Source: an uncultured Clostridia bacterium
Lineage (GTDB): Bacteria > Bacillota > Clostridia > TANB77 > CAG-508
Assembly (NCBI GenBank): GCA_944388605.1
Contig: CALXJJ010000002.1
Span: 17,274-81,273, forward strand
DNA: 64,000 nucleotides
Reading direction: 5' to 3'
Positions 1 to 8,246 of the stretch are shown piece by piece. The position numbers and the translations under genes were made by a program. A model generated the notes under the pieces. The model had not been told where the DNA came from. It searched no databases and saw only the letters and a program-made list of their open reading frames with translations. Every line of letters begins with the position of its first letter. The stretch's first letter is position 1.

Positions 1-79
1 TGATAGGATTAAAGATTTAGAAAGAAGGATTGTTGAAATTATTGAAAATAAATGATATTTGAGAAAGGAAGAAATACAA

Positions 80-2092
80 ATGAATAATAAATATTATAAT
101 GATGCTATTATAGGAAATAAGCATATGTTAATAAGTTTTTCAAAAAAAGGTGAGATGCTAAGAGCTATGTATCCTTCACCAGATTATAAGAGTTTTATTG
201 ATTTTTTACATATTGGAGTAAAAATAAACGATTCTGCAAATATATATTTACATGATGATATAAATAATATATATGACCAAGAATATGTAAAAGATACAAA
301 TATTTTAAGAACTAAAATTGTAAACCAATATTTTAATTTAGAAATTGATCAAGAAGATTTTGTAACAATAAAAGATGATATATTGATAAAAAGATATAAG
401 TTTACAAATAAAAATAATATTAACTTGAATGTAGATTTTTTAATATATTTAAAATTATTATCTAATTTTAATAATATGGTTTCAGCTTATATAACAAAAG
501 AATCAATGATACAATATAGTCACGATTATGCATATTATACATTTTCAAAAGATAAGATAAAATCATATCAAATAAATAATAATTCTCAAAATATAAATAG
601 TGGTGTAATATATGATAAGGATTATATTGGTATGGCATCAGATAGTAGCATTAGTTATGAAATTGGTGATTTAAAGCCAGGAGAAAGCAAAAGTATAGAT
701 ATTTTTATGTATATACAAAATATTGATGATTTACCAAATTTAAGTGATATGGAAGAAAAAATTGATAGACTGAAGAAAATAGATATTGATAAAGAAGAAA
801 TGTATGTAAAAAAATATTGGAATAAATATGTAGAAGAACATAAAGGAAATTTTGATATAGCATGTAAAGAAAAATGGGGATTACAAGAAGAAAGTCAAGC
901 AAAAGAAAGAATAAAACAAATATATAATAGAAGTATATTACTTTTTCCATTATTGGTTAATGAAGAAACTGGTGGAATATCTGCATCAGTGGAAATAGAT
1001 GAACAGAGAGATAAATGTGGACGATATGCATATTGTTGGCCTAGAGATGCAATGTTTATAACAAAAGCATTAGATTTAATTAACATGAAAAAAGAAGTGG
1101 ATAAATTTTATAAAATATTTTGTAAAAATACACAAAATAGGAATGGAATGTGGGAACAGCGTTTTTATACAGATGGACATTTAGCACCTTGCTGGGGATA
1201 TCAAATTGATGAAACTGCAAGTGTAATATATGGTGCAAATGAGCATTATAAGGAAACAAAAGATATAAAGTTTTTAAAGGATATTCTAAAAATGTGCGAA
1301 AATGGAATTAACTTTTTAGAAAAATACTTAGACCAGATATTTGCAGAAATTGGAATGAAAATAGAACCAGATAAGATTGATGTAGTAAGAGAAGAAATCC
1401 TGCAATCTAAGAGAAAAACACAAGAAAAAAATAACGACAGTGAAAAAATACCAGTAAGTTATGACTTATGGGAAATGCATGAAGGAATTCATTTATATTC
1501 TACTGCAAGTATATATGGAGCGATGAATTCAATGATAGAAATATATAATGAAATAATAGATAAAAACATATATGAAAAAAATAGGTTGCGTCAAGAACAA
1601 ATAGAGAAAAATAAAAAAAAGATAGAAAAATATATTGTAAAAATTAAAGAATATGTACAAGAAAAATTTTATGATGATCATCAAAAAATTTTAATAAGGA
1701 ATGATAAAGATCAAAAAACTGATATAAGTTTAATAGGTACAGTTGTTCCATTTAAAATGTTTTCACCAAATGAAAAGAAAGTTTTAAATACAGTAGAAAA
1801 AATAAATATGACTCTTAGAACATATACAGGTGGTTACCTAAGATTTGAACAAGATCATTATATGGGAGGAGAATCACCTTGGCCAATAGCAACTCTTTGG
1901 ATGGAAATGTATTATGAAACAGCAAACAATAGAAAGAAGGCAAAAGAATGTTTAGAATTTGTAGTAAATAGTGCAACTAAACATGGATTTTTGGGAGAAC
2001 AAGTAAATAATAAAACAATGGAAACCAATTGGGTTATAGGACTTGGATGGTCACATGCAATGTTCATATTAGCTTTTTTAGGTGAAATATAA
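80..2092 (+). CDS. Glycoside hydrolase family 15 (glucoamylase/glucodextranase-like)
   Basis: Long ORF (track 59..2092). ATG at 80 follows a GAAAGGAAG SD. GH15-type catalytic-region motifs are present, e.g. YCWPRDAMF and DLWEMHEG. Confidence 0.7.
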   Translation: MNNKYYNDAIIGNKHMLISFSKKGEMLRAMYPSPDYKSFIDFLHIGVKINDSANIYLHDDINNIYDQEYVKDTNILRTKIVNQYFNLEIDQEDFVTIKDDILIKRYKFTNKNNINLNVDFLIYLKLLSNFNNMVSAYITKESMIQYSHDYAYYTFSKDKIKSYQINNNSQNINSGVIYDKDYIGMASDSSISYEIGDLKPGESKSIDIFMYIQNIDDLPNLSDMEEKIDRLKKIDIDKEEMYVKKYWNKYVEEHKGNFDIACKEKWGLQEESQAKERIKQIYNRSILLFPLLVNEETGGISASVEIDEQRDKCGRYAYCWPRDAMFITKALDLINMKKEVDKFYKIFCKNTQNRNGMWEQRFYTDGHLAPCWGYQIDETASVIYGANEHYKETKDIKFLKDILKMCENGINFLEKYLDQIFAEIGMKIEPDKIDVVREEILQSKRKTQEKNNDSEKIPVSYDLWEMHEGIHLYSTASIYGAMNSMIEIYNEIIDKNIYEKNRLRQEQIEKNKKKIEKYIVKIKEYVQEKFYDDHQKILIRNDKDQKTDISLIGTVVPFKMFSPNEKKVLNTVEKINMTLRTYTGGYLRFEQDHYMGGESPWPIATLWMEMYYETANNRKKAKECLEFVVNSATKHGFLGEQVNNKTMETNWVIGLGWSHAMFILAFLGEI

Positions 2093-2236
2093 TGAAAGTA
2101 AAAAATATATTAAATCATATACTTAGAATTGATATATAGAGAAAAATAGAAGATAATATTTAAGTATAGATAAAATACAATGCACACAATTTTTATGTAA
2201 GTAAAATTGTGTGCAAATTTGATAAAAAAACAACCA

Positions 2237-2265
2237 TTGACAATACTGGAAAAAAATAGTATAAT
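2237..2265 (+). promoter_or_regulatory. Sigma-A consensus promoter for rnj with a long leader
   Basis: TTGACA (2237-2242), 17-nt spacer, TATAAT (2260-2265). A leader of about 230 nt contains hairpins at 2278-2296 and 2408-2435. Confidence 0.6.
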
Positions 2266-2493
2266 ATTATACAGTTGTTGCCAGAAAAAGTGGCAAATAT
2301 GAGATTGAACTTTTTAATTTATAGAAAATTATATTTCATATAAATTAAATAAAGAGAATAAAAAGTTAAGTAAGAAGATATGTAATGTGCGTGTAAATAA
2401 GTATAAAACTATCTTTTTTTGGGAAAAAAGATAGTATATATTTGTATGTGAAAAATCCTATGTAATAAAAAGAAAGGATGATGAAAAGAAGTT

Positions 2494-4326
2494 ATGATCA
2501 AAAAACAAACTAAAAGAGAAACTGCAACTAAAAAAATGTTGTTAGAAAGTAAGGAAAAAAGAAATTATAATAAATTGGAGGAAAAAGAAACAAAAAGAAA
2601 AAATACAAAAAGAGGTTTAAAAACAAGAGCAGAACATCAAAGTAATTTAGATAATGGTTTTAATTTCAAAAAGGAAAACCTAAAGATAATTGCTTTAGGA
2701 GGATTAGATGAAATAGGAAAAAATATTACAGTATTTGAATATAGTGATGAGATAATATTAGTAGACTGCGGATTAGAATTCCCAGAAGATGATATGTTAG
2801 GGGTTGACTTAGTTATACCAGATATAACATATTTAGAAAGAAATAAAGAAAAAATAAAAGGATTAGTAGTAACACACGGACACGAAGATCATATTGGGTC
2901 AATACCATATTTGTTAAAGAAAATAAATATTCCTATATATGCTACGAGGTTAACAATTGGATTAATAAAAAATAAGTTAGAAGAGCATAAATTGTTAAGA
3001 AGTGCAAAACTGAAAATAGTTGAACAAGGTCAAACAATTAATTTTGGAAAAATGCAAGTTGAATTTATAAGAAGCTCACATAGTATACCTGATGCAGTGA
3101 TGCTTGCAATTTATACACCAGTAGGAACTGTTATTCATACAGGAGATTTTAAGGTTGATTTTACACCAATAGATGATAAAGTCATGGATTTAGGAAGAAT
3201 TGCGGAAATAGGTAACAAAGGTGTTTTAGCATTACTTTCAGATAGTACAAATTCAGAAAGAAAAGGTTTTACAATGAGCGAAAGTAGTGTAGGAGAAGTT
3301 TTTGACAGACTATTCCAAAATTGTACTAAAAGGATCGTGGTAGCAACATTTGCTTCAAATGTCCATAGAGTACAGCAAATAGTAAATTCAGCAGTGAAAT
3401 ATAAGAGAAAAATTGCTGTTTGCGGAAGAAGTATGATAAATATGATAAACACAGCAAGAGAGATAGGTTATATAAAAGTTCCAGACAATGTGTTTATAGA
3501 TATAGATATGATAAAAAATTATACTGATGAACAATTAGTTATAATAACTACAGGAAGTCAAGGGGAGACGATGTCTGCATTAACTAGAATGGCAAATGGA
3601 GACCATAAAAAAGTAGAAATAACACCAAATGATAAAGTTATTATTTCAGCAACTCCTATACCAGGAAATGAAAAGTTAGTATCAAATGTTATAAATGATT
3701 TGATGAAAATAGGTGCAGAAGTTATATATAGTTCATTGGAGGATGTACATGTATCAGGACATGCTTGTCAAGAAGAACAAAAACTAATTTTATCATTAAT
3801 AAGACCCAAATATTTTATGCCAGTTCATGGAGAATATAGACAATTGATGGCACATAGTGAAACAGCAAAAAAAATGGGAATAAAACCAGAAAATATATTT
3901 ATTACTGCAAATGGTAGAATATTAGAACTAAATGAAAATGAAGCTAAATTAACAGGAACAGTACCATCAGGAAAAATTTTAGTAGATGGATTGGGCGTAG
4001 GAGATGTTGGTAATATTGTATTAAGAGATAGACAGCATTTATCTCAAGATGGATTAATTATAATTGTAATGACAATGGATTCAAGAACAGGAGAAATAGT
4101 ATCTGGACCTGATGTAATATCAAGAGGTTTTGTATATGTCAGAGAATCAGAGAACTTAATGGAAGAGTTAAAAAAATTTATAAGAGAAGAAGTAAGAAAA
4201 TGTGAAGAAAAACATATTACAGATTGGTCAACAATAAAATCTAATTTAAAAGATAACTTAAGAGATTATGTATTCACAAAAACCAAAAGAAATCCAATGA
4301 TTTTACCAATTATAATGGACTTATAG
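2494..4326 (+). CDS. rnj: Ribonuclease J (metallo-beta-lactamase / beta-CASP)
   Basis: 610 aa. HxHxDH motif VTHGHEDHIG, followed by beta-CASP and C-terminal domain layout. LKIIALGGLDEIGKN matches the usual RNase J N-terminus, but it is preceded by a Lys-rich extension of about 60 aa. Confidence 0.9.
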   Translation: MIKKQTKRETATKKMLLESKEKRNYNKLEEKETKRKNTKRGLKTRAEHQSNLDNGFNFKKENLKIIALGGLDEIGKNITVFEYSDEIILVDCGLEFPEDDMLGVDLVIPDITYLERNKEKIKGLVVTHGHEDHIGSIPYLLKKINIPIYATRLTIGLIKNKLEEHKLLRSAKLKIVEQGQTINFGKMQVEFIRSSHSIPDAVMLAIYTPVGTVIHTGDFKVDFTPIDDKVMDLGRIAEIGNKGVLALLSDSTNSERKGFTMSESSVGEVFDRLFQNCTKRIVVATFASNVHRVQQIVNSAVKYKRKIAVCGRSMINMINTAREIGYIKVPDNVFIDIDMIKNYTDEQLVIITTGSQGETMSALTRMANGDHKKVEITPNDKVIISATPIPGNEKLVSNVINDLMKIGAEVIYSSLEDVHVSGHACQEEQKLILSLIRPKYFMPVHGEYRQLMAHSETAKKMGIKPENIFITANGRILELNENEAKLTGTVPSGKILVDGLGVGDVGNIVLRDRQHLSQDGLIIIVMTMDSRTGEIVSGPDVISRGFVYVRESENLMEELKKFIREEVRKCEEKHITDWSTIKSNLKDNLRDYVFTKTKRNPMILPIIMDL

Positions 4327-4333
4327 TAAAATG

Positions 4334-4369
4334 TAGTAGTACCAAATATTTGAAAGTTTGATACTACTA
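4334..4369 (+). terminator. Hairpin after rnj
   Basis: Stem TAGTAGTA-C-CAAA / TTTG-A-TACTACTA followed by TTTATTT. The loop is rather large. Confidence 0.45.
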
Positions 4370-4441
4370 TTTATTTAATTATAGGAAATTTGTATTGACA
4401 TATATGTTATAATAATATAAGTATAAAAAATGGAGGTTATT

Positions 4442-6094
4442 ATGAATTATAAAGAATTAGCTGATTTAATTTTTCCAAATGCAAAAGATATTTCATATTA
4501 TGAAGAAAAATATCCAGAAAGAGATTTACAAGAAGGAGCGATTGTTACAAGATTTGCTCCAAGTCCAACAGGGTTTGTACATATAGGAGGGTTATATCAA
4601 GCATTAATAGCAAGAAAATTATCAAAACAAACAAAAGGAGTTTTTTTCTTAAGAGTAGAAGATACAGATCAGAAAAGAGAAGTAGAAAATGGAGTAAGTG
4701 GGATTGTAAATTCTCTAAAAGATTTTGGATTAGAGCCTGATGAAGGAATGATTACAGAGACAAGAGAAATTGGCAATTATGGACCATATCAACAATCAAG
4801 AAGGAAAGAAATATATCAATCATATGCTAAATATATGATTACACAAGGAAAGGCATATCCTTGCTTTTGTACACCAGAAGAAGGTGAAGAATTGAGAAAA
4901 ACACAAGAACAAGCAAAGATTAGACCTGGTTATTATGGTGTATGGGCAAAATGTAGGAAATTATCATTAGAAGAAATGGCAGAAAAAATCAAATCAGGTA
5001 TGCCATATATTATTCGTTTTAAATCTCAAGGAAGAGAAGATAAAAAAATTAAACATAAAGATATAATAAAAGGAAATGTAGAATTTCCAGAAAATGACCA
5101 AGATATAGTAATAATAAAAGCAGATGGACTTCCAACATATCATTTTGCACATGCGGTAGATGACCATTTAATGAGAACAACTCATATAATAAGGAGTGAT
5201 GAATGGTTATCTTCAGTACCTTTACATTTGCAATTATTTCAAGAGTTAGGTTTTAAAGCACCAAAATATGCTCATATAGCACCAATTATGAAAAATGATT
5301 GTGGAAATAAACGAAAATTAAGTAAAAGAAAAGATCCAGAAGCAGCTGTGAGTTATTATAAGAAAGTGGGAATACCTAAACAAGCAGTAAAAGAATATTT
5401 GTTAAATATAGCAAATTCATCTTTTGAAAATTGGAGAAGAGCGAATAAAGAAGCAGATATTGATGACTTTGAATTACAGTTAAATAAAATGAGTGTTAGT
5501 GGAGCTTTGTTTGATATGGTAAAATTATTAGATGTTTCAAAAATTGTTATATCTAATTTTGATGCAATTACTGTTTATAATGAATCTTTGAAATGGGCAC
5601 AAGAATATGATAAAGAATTAGAGGAAATGCTACTAGATAAAGAATATAGTTTAAAAGTTTTGGGAATCGAAAGAAATAATAGTAATAAACCAAGAAAGGA
5701 CTTGGCTAAATGGGAAGATGTAAAAGAAAATATAATATATATGTATGATAATAAGTTTTTTGAAGAAAAAATTGAATATGAATGGCAAAAAGTAAATAAT
5801 CTAAGTCAAATAAAAGATATACTAAATGTTTATTTGGGTAAATATTATGATGAAAATGCAGATAAAGAAAAATGGTTTAATGATATAAAAGATTTAGCAG
5901 AAGAATTTGGATTCGCAAGAGAAGTGAAAGAATATAAAAAAGAACCAGATAAATGGAAAGGTCATGTTGGAGATATTAGTACGATTATAAGGGTAGCATT
6001 AACAGGAAGACATAATACACCAGATTTGTATGAGATAATGAGAGTATTAGGCTCACAATCAATAGAAAAACGTATTAATAAAATAAGGGAATGA
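4442..6094 (+). CDS. gltX: Glutamate--tRNA ligase
   Basis: Class I signature PSPTGFVHIGG (HIGH) and KLSKRK (KMSKS). ATG at 4442 follows a GGAGG SD; the track ORF starts at 4430. Confidence 0.9.
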   Translation: MNYKELADLIFPNAKDISYYEEKYPERDLQEGAIVTRFAPSPTGFVHIGGLYQALIARKLSKQTKGVFFLRVEDTDQKREVENGVSGIVNSLKDFGLEPDEGMITETREIGNYGPYQQSRRKEIYQSYAKYMITQGKAYPCFCTPEEGEELRKTQEQAKIRPGYYGVWAKCRKLSLEEMAEKIKSGMPYIIRFKSQGREDKKIKHKDIIKGNVEFPENDQDIVIIKADGLPTYHFAHAVDDHLMRTTHIIRSDEWLSSVPLHLQLFQELGFKAPKYAHIAPIMKNDCGNKRKLSKRKDPEAAVSYYKKVGIPKQAVKEYLLNIANSSFENWRRANKEADIDDFELQLNKMSVSGALFDMVKLLDVSKIVISNFDAITVYNESLKWAQEYDKELEEMLLDKEYSLKVLGIERNNSNKPRKDLAKWEDVKENIIYMYDNKFFEEKIEYEWQKVNNLSQIKDILNVYLGKYYDENADKEKWFNDIKDLAEEFGFAREVKEYKKEPDKWKGHVGDISTIIRVALTGRHNTPDLYEIMRVLGSQSIEKRINKIRE

Positions 6095-6100
6095 TACTAT

Positions 6101-6292
6101 ATGGAATATAATTTAGGAGATATCGTAAAAACAAAAAAAATGCATCCTTGTGGAAATAATTTATGGAAAATTGTTAGAATAGGTGTAGATTTCAAATTAA
6201 AATGTTTAAAATGTAACCATATAATTGTTTTGCCAAGAGAAAAGGCATTAAAAGCTATAACTAAAAAAATAGAAGAAAATGAACAAACCTAG
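6101..6292 (+). CDS. DUF951-family small protein
   Basis: 63 aa. The pattern GDIVKTKKMHPCGNNLWKIVRIGVDFKLKCLKCNH is typical of the conserved Firmicute DUF951 zinc-ribbon-like protein. Confidence 0.7.
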   Translation: MEYNLGDIVKTKKMHPCGNNLWKIVRIGVDFKLKCLKCNHIIVLPREKALKAITKKIEENEQT

Positions 6293-6382
6293 CCTCACTA
6301 AACATTTTAATTTTTATTAAATTAATTAGATATCTATCGAAAAAAGTATAAGATTTGTTAAATTATAGAAAATTGAAATGTA

Positions 6383-6408
6383 AAAGGAGTACTTAAAAGT
6401 ACTCCTTT
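6383..6408. terminator. Bidirectional hairpin terminator
   Basis: AAAGGAGTACT-TAAA-AGTACTCCTTT, an 11-bp perfect stem between a convergent gene pair. Confidence 0.75.
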
Positions 6409-6419
6409 AATCTCTACTT

Positions 6420-6629
6420 TTATAATAATTGACCTTCTAATTCTTTGCAAAGTTTACGCAAGGAAAAAAGAACATTTTGATCAATAAAAGTAGAATCTGA
6501 GGTATTAACAACAACAATAGAAGGATCTCTATAAATTTCCATATGAAAGTTTGGAAAACGGCTTTTTGCATTTTTTAAGAAGAGATTGGCAATAATTGGA
6601 GAATTAAAAGAAAATTTCCAGCGTTGCAT
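6420..6629 (-). CDS. Hypothetical small protein (second gene of an orphan two-gene cassette)
   Basis: ATG at 6629 (MQRWKFSF...) lies 8 nt after AAGGAAG and 13 nt after the upstream stop codon. 69 aa. Visibly GC-richer than its neighbours. No recognisable motif. Confidence 0.55.
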   Translation of the reverse strand: MQRWKFSFNSPIIANLFLKNAKSRFPNFHMEIYRDPSIVVVNTSDSTFIDQNVLFSLRKLCKELEGQLL

Positions 6630-6642
6630 AAAAGTCACTTCC

Positions 6643-6915
6643 TTAAAAAGCACGATAAAAGTCGCATGGATATACTTCCTTTCCACCAATCCTTTTTAGT
6701 AAAGCAAGATCTTTCATACCTTGATCAGAATAAGTTGACAGATTGTTGTAAATTACTTCTAAATAACAATCTGATATGTTATCCTGAGTATTGATGTGAG
6801 AAAGAATCGTGCGAGGTACGTCATCTTGAAGTGTCATGATAACATCTTCAGCTTTCCGAAGATCAGAAAGTGATGCAAAGGATACCTTGATGTTAGAGTT
6901 TTTTCTGTTTGTCAT
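6643..6915 (-). CDS. Hypothetical small protein (first gene of the orphan cassette; possible ribbon-helix-helix-like N-terminus)
   Basis: 90 aa with an AAGGAGG SD. N-terminal NIKVSFASLSDLRKAEDVIMTL has a strand-then-helix pattern. It contains an in-frame CGG (6856-6858). Function unknown. Confidence 0.55.
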   Translation of the reverse strand: MTNRKNSNIKVSFASLSDLRKAEDVIMTLQDDVPRTILSHINTQDNISDCYLEVIYNNLSTYSDQGMKDLALLKRIGGKEVYPCDFYRAF

Positions 6916-6938
6916 GGTTAGTGACCTCCTTATAAAAA

Positions 6939-6991
6939 TTGTACAAATTGTACAGCAAAATAATTATACTATATCATAATTAAAAAGTCAA
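6939..6991 (-). promoter_or_regulatory. Consensus promoter plus TGTACA-repeat operator for the 6915..6420 cassette
   Basis: On the minus strand: TTGACT (6991-6986), 17-nt spacer, TATAAT (6968-6963). This is followed by TGTACAATTTGTACA (6939-6954) between the -10 box and the SD. Confidence 0.6.
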
Positions 6992-7094
6992 CATAAAGCA
7001 TATAAATATTATGAATATAAGTAGGTTATTGTATCAAAAATAAAATTATGTGAAATTAAATTTTAAAATATGAATAAATATATGTTTAACTAAA

Positions 7095-7256
7095 GAACAA
7101 ATCGGAAAGCCTTAAAATTTGTACTAATTTAATATTTTCTCGTTGGCTTTTTAGTAAATTTGTTCCTAAGCCAATTTTACGCAAGTAAAATTGTGTGCAG
7201 TCGTTAGAGCGTAGCGACTTTTATACAATAGGAAAGGATAACTTTCCTATTGTATA
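7095..7256 (+). repeat. Family A intergenic mosaic repeat, copy A1 (full length)
   Basis: Runs GAACAAATCGGAAAGCC...GGCTTTTTAGTAAATTTGTTC...CCAATTTTACGCAAGTAAAATTGTGTGCA...GTCGTTAGAGCGTAGCGAC...ACAATAGGAAAGGATAACTTTCCTATTGT. About 90% identical to copies at 16833, 30683 (rc) and 35763 (rc). Confidence 0.85.
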
Positions 7257-7261
7257 AAATG

Positions 7262-7303
7262 AAGGACTTTACAATACTATAAATAGTTATTGTAAAGTCC
7301 TTT
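7262..7303 (-). terminator. Hairpin terminator of ORF 7309..7584
   Basis: AAGGACTTTACAATA ... TATTGTAAAGTCCTT, a 15-bp stem directly after the stop codon. Confidence 0.7.
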
Positions 7304-7308
7304 CACTC

Positions 7309-7584
7309 TTAAGATTCCATTAGCTCTGGAACCTTTTCAACTTTGGATTCCCAACATTCTGGAAAGCCATTATACTTGTTTAACACAGAATAGATGATAT
7401 CACGAGTTAAAGTACCTAAGTGGTTCCATTTGATCCACAAGCTATAGTTGTTAAGATCATATTCGATAACATCATCTTCAGAAACACCTAGTCTTCTTAT
7501 TTCCTCTAAAGCTCCATTCCGAGCTTTTTCACCTCCATGAGGAAAATACCATAAATTGTGTGTTAAAGCGAATTGGTTTTCCAT
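7309..7584 (-). CDS. Hypothetical orphan protein (91 aa)
   Basis: Intact ORF with its own promoter, SD (AAAGGGG) and terminator. GC-richer than the flanks, with an in-frame CGG at 7519-7521. No recognisable domain. Confidence 0.55.
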   Translation of the reverse strand: MENQFALTHNLWYFPHGGEKARNGALEEIRRLGVSEDDVIEYDLNNYSLWIKWNHLGTLTRDIIYSVLNKYNGFPECWESKVEKVPELMES

Positions 7585-7632
7585 TTTATGAAAACCCCTT
7601 TCATAAGAATTTTACCATAAAGGCATATAATT

Positions 7633-7661
7633 ATTATAGCAAAAAAATGACTAATTGTCAA
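7633..7661 (-). promoter_or_regulatory. Consensus promoter for ORF 7584..7309
   Basis: On the minus strand: TTGACA (7661-7656), 17-nt spacer, TATAAT (7638-7633). It overlaps the engB stop codon. Confidence 0.6.
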
Positions 7662-8238
7662 AAAATGAATTTATTGCATCCCATACATTTTCTGTATAAA
7701 TTTTCCTTTCAGAAGAAAAAGGTAAAAAGCATATATCATTTAGCGGATTTAAAATATTTTGTAAGTTGCTAATTTGATTATCAACTTTAGTTATTGCAAT
7801 TTTGTCAGCTTTATTAGCTATTATTATAAAAGGTTTATTTGTCTTAATAATATAATTATACATTAATTTATCATTTTCAGTAGGTAAATGTCTAATATCT
7901 ATAAGAAATATTATTAAAGAAATATTTTTACATTTAGAAAGATATTCTTCAATAAAACTACCTACTTTAATCTGTTCAGTTTTAGACATTTTGCTATATC
8001 CATATCCAGGCAAATCTACAAAATAAAAATTATTGTCAATATTGTAAAAATTTATTTGCCTAGTTTTACCAGGCTCACTACTGGTTCGAGCTAATTTTTT
8101 TCTATTTAGCATAGTATTTATAAAAGAAGATTTACCAACATTAGATTTACCAACTAAAACTATTTGGGGCAAATCATTTTGAGGATATTGCTTAGGTGAA
8201 ACAGCAGATATTTCAAATTTAGGATTTTTTATTATCAT
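7651..8238 (-). CDS. engB: Ribosome biogenesis GTPase EngB/YsxC
   Basis: G1 motif GKSNVGKSS, G3 motif DLPGYG, G4 motif NKADK. The length (195 aa) and layout are typical of YihA/EngB. Confidence 0.9.
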   Translation of the reverse strand: MIIKNPKFEISAVSPKQYPQNDLPQIVLVGKSNVGKSSFINTMLNRKKLARTSSEPGKTRQINFYNIDNNFYFVDLPGYGYSKMSKTEQIKVGSFIEEYLSKCKNISLIIFLIDIRHLPTENDKLMYNYIIKTNKPFIIIANKADKIAITKVDNQISNLQNILNPLNDICFLPFSSERKIYTENVWDAINSFFDN

Positions 8239-8246
8239 TTTTATTA

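Noticed and set aside
705-1086. Antisense ORFs inside long genes. Examples: 705..950, 895..1086, 3135..3452, 10337..10618, 12090..12452, 14018..14545, 25766..26227, 38384..38734, 46848..47318 and 55835..56167.
   Set aside because: They lie wholly within well-supported genes on the opposite strand. Their translations are Leu/Phe/Ile/Ser-rich, mirroring Lys/Glu/Asn-rich sense codons, and they lack SD sequences. They are shadow ORFs typical of AT-rich genomes.
6643-6689. The overlap of ORFs 6420..6689 and 6643..6915, considered as a fifth frameshifted gene.
   Set aside because: There is no CGG at the junction. The overlap disappears if the downstream gene starts at ATG 6629, which has its own SD 13 nt after the upstream stop codon. 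Two adjacent small genes is the simpler reading.
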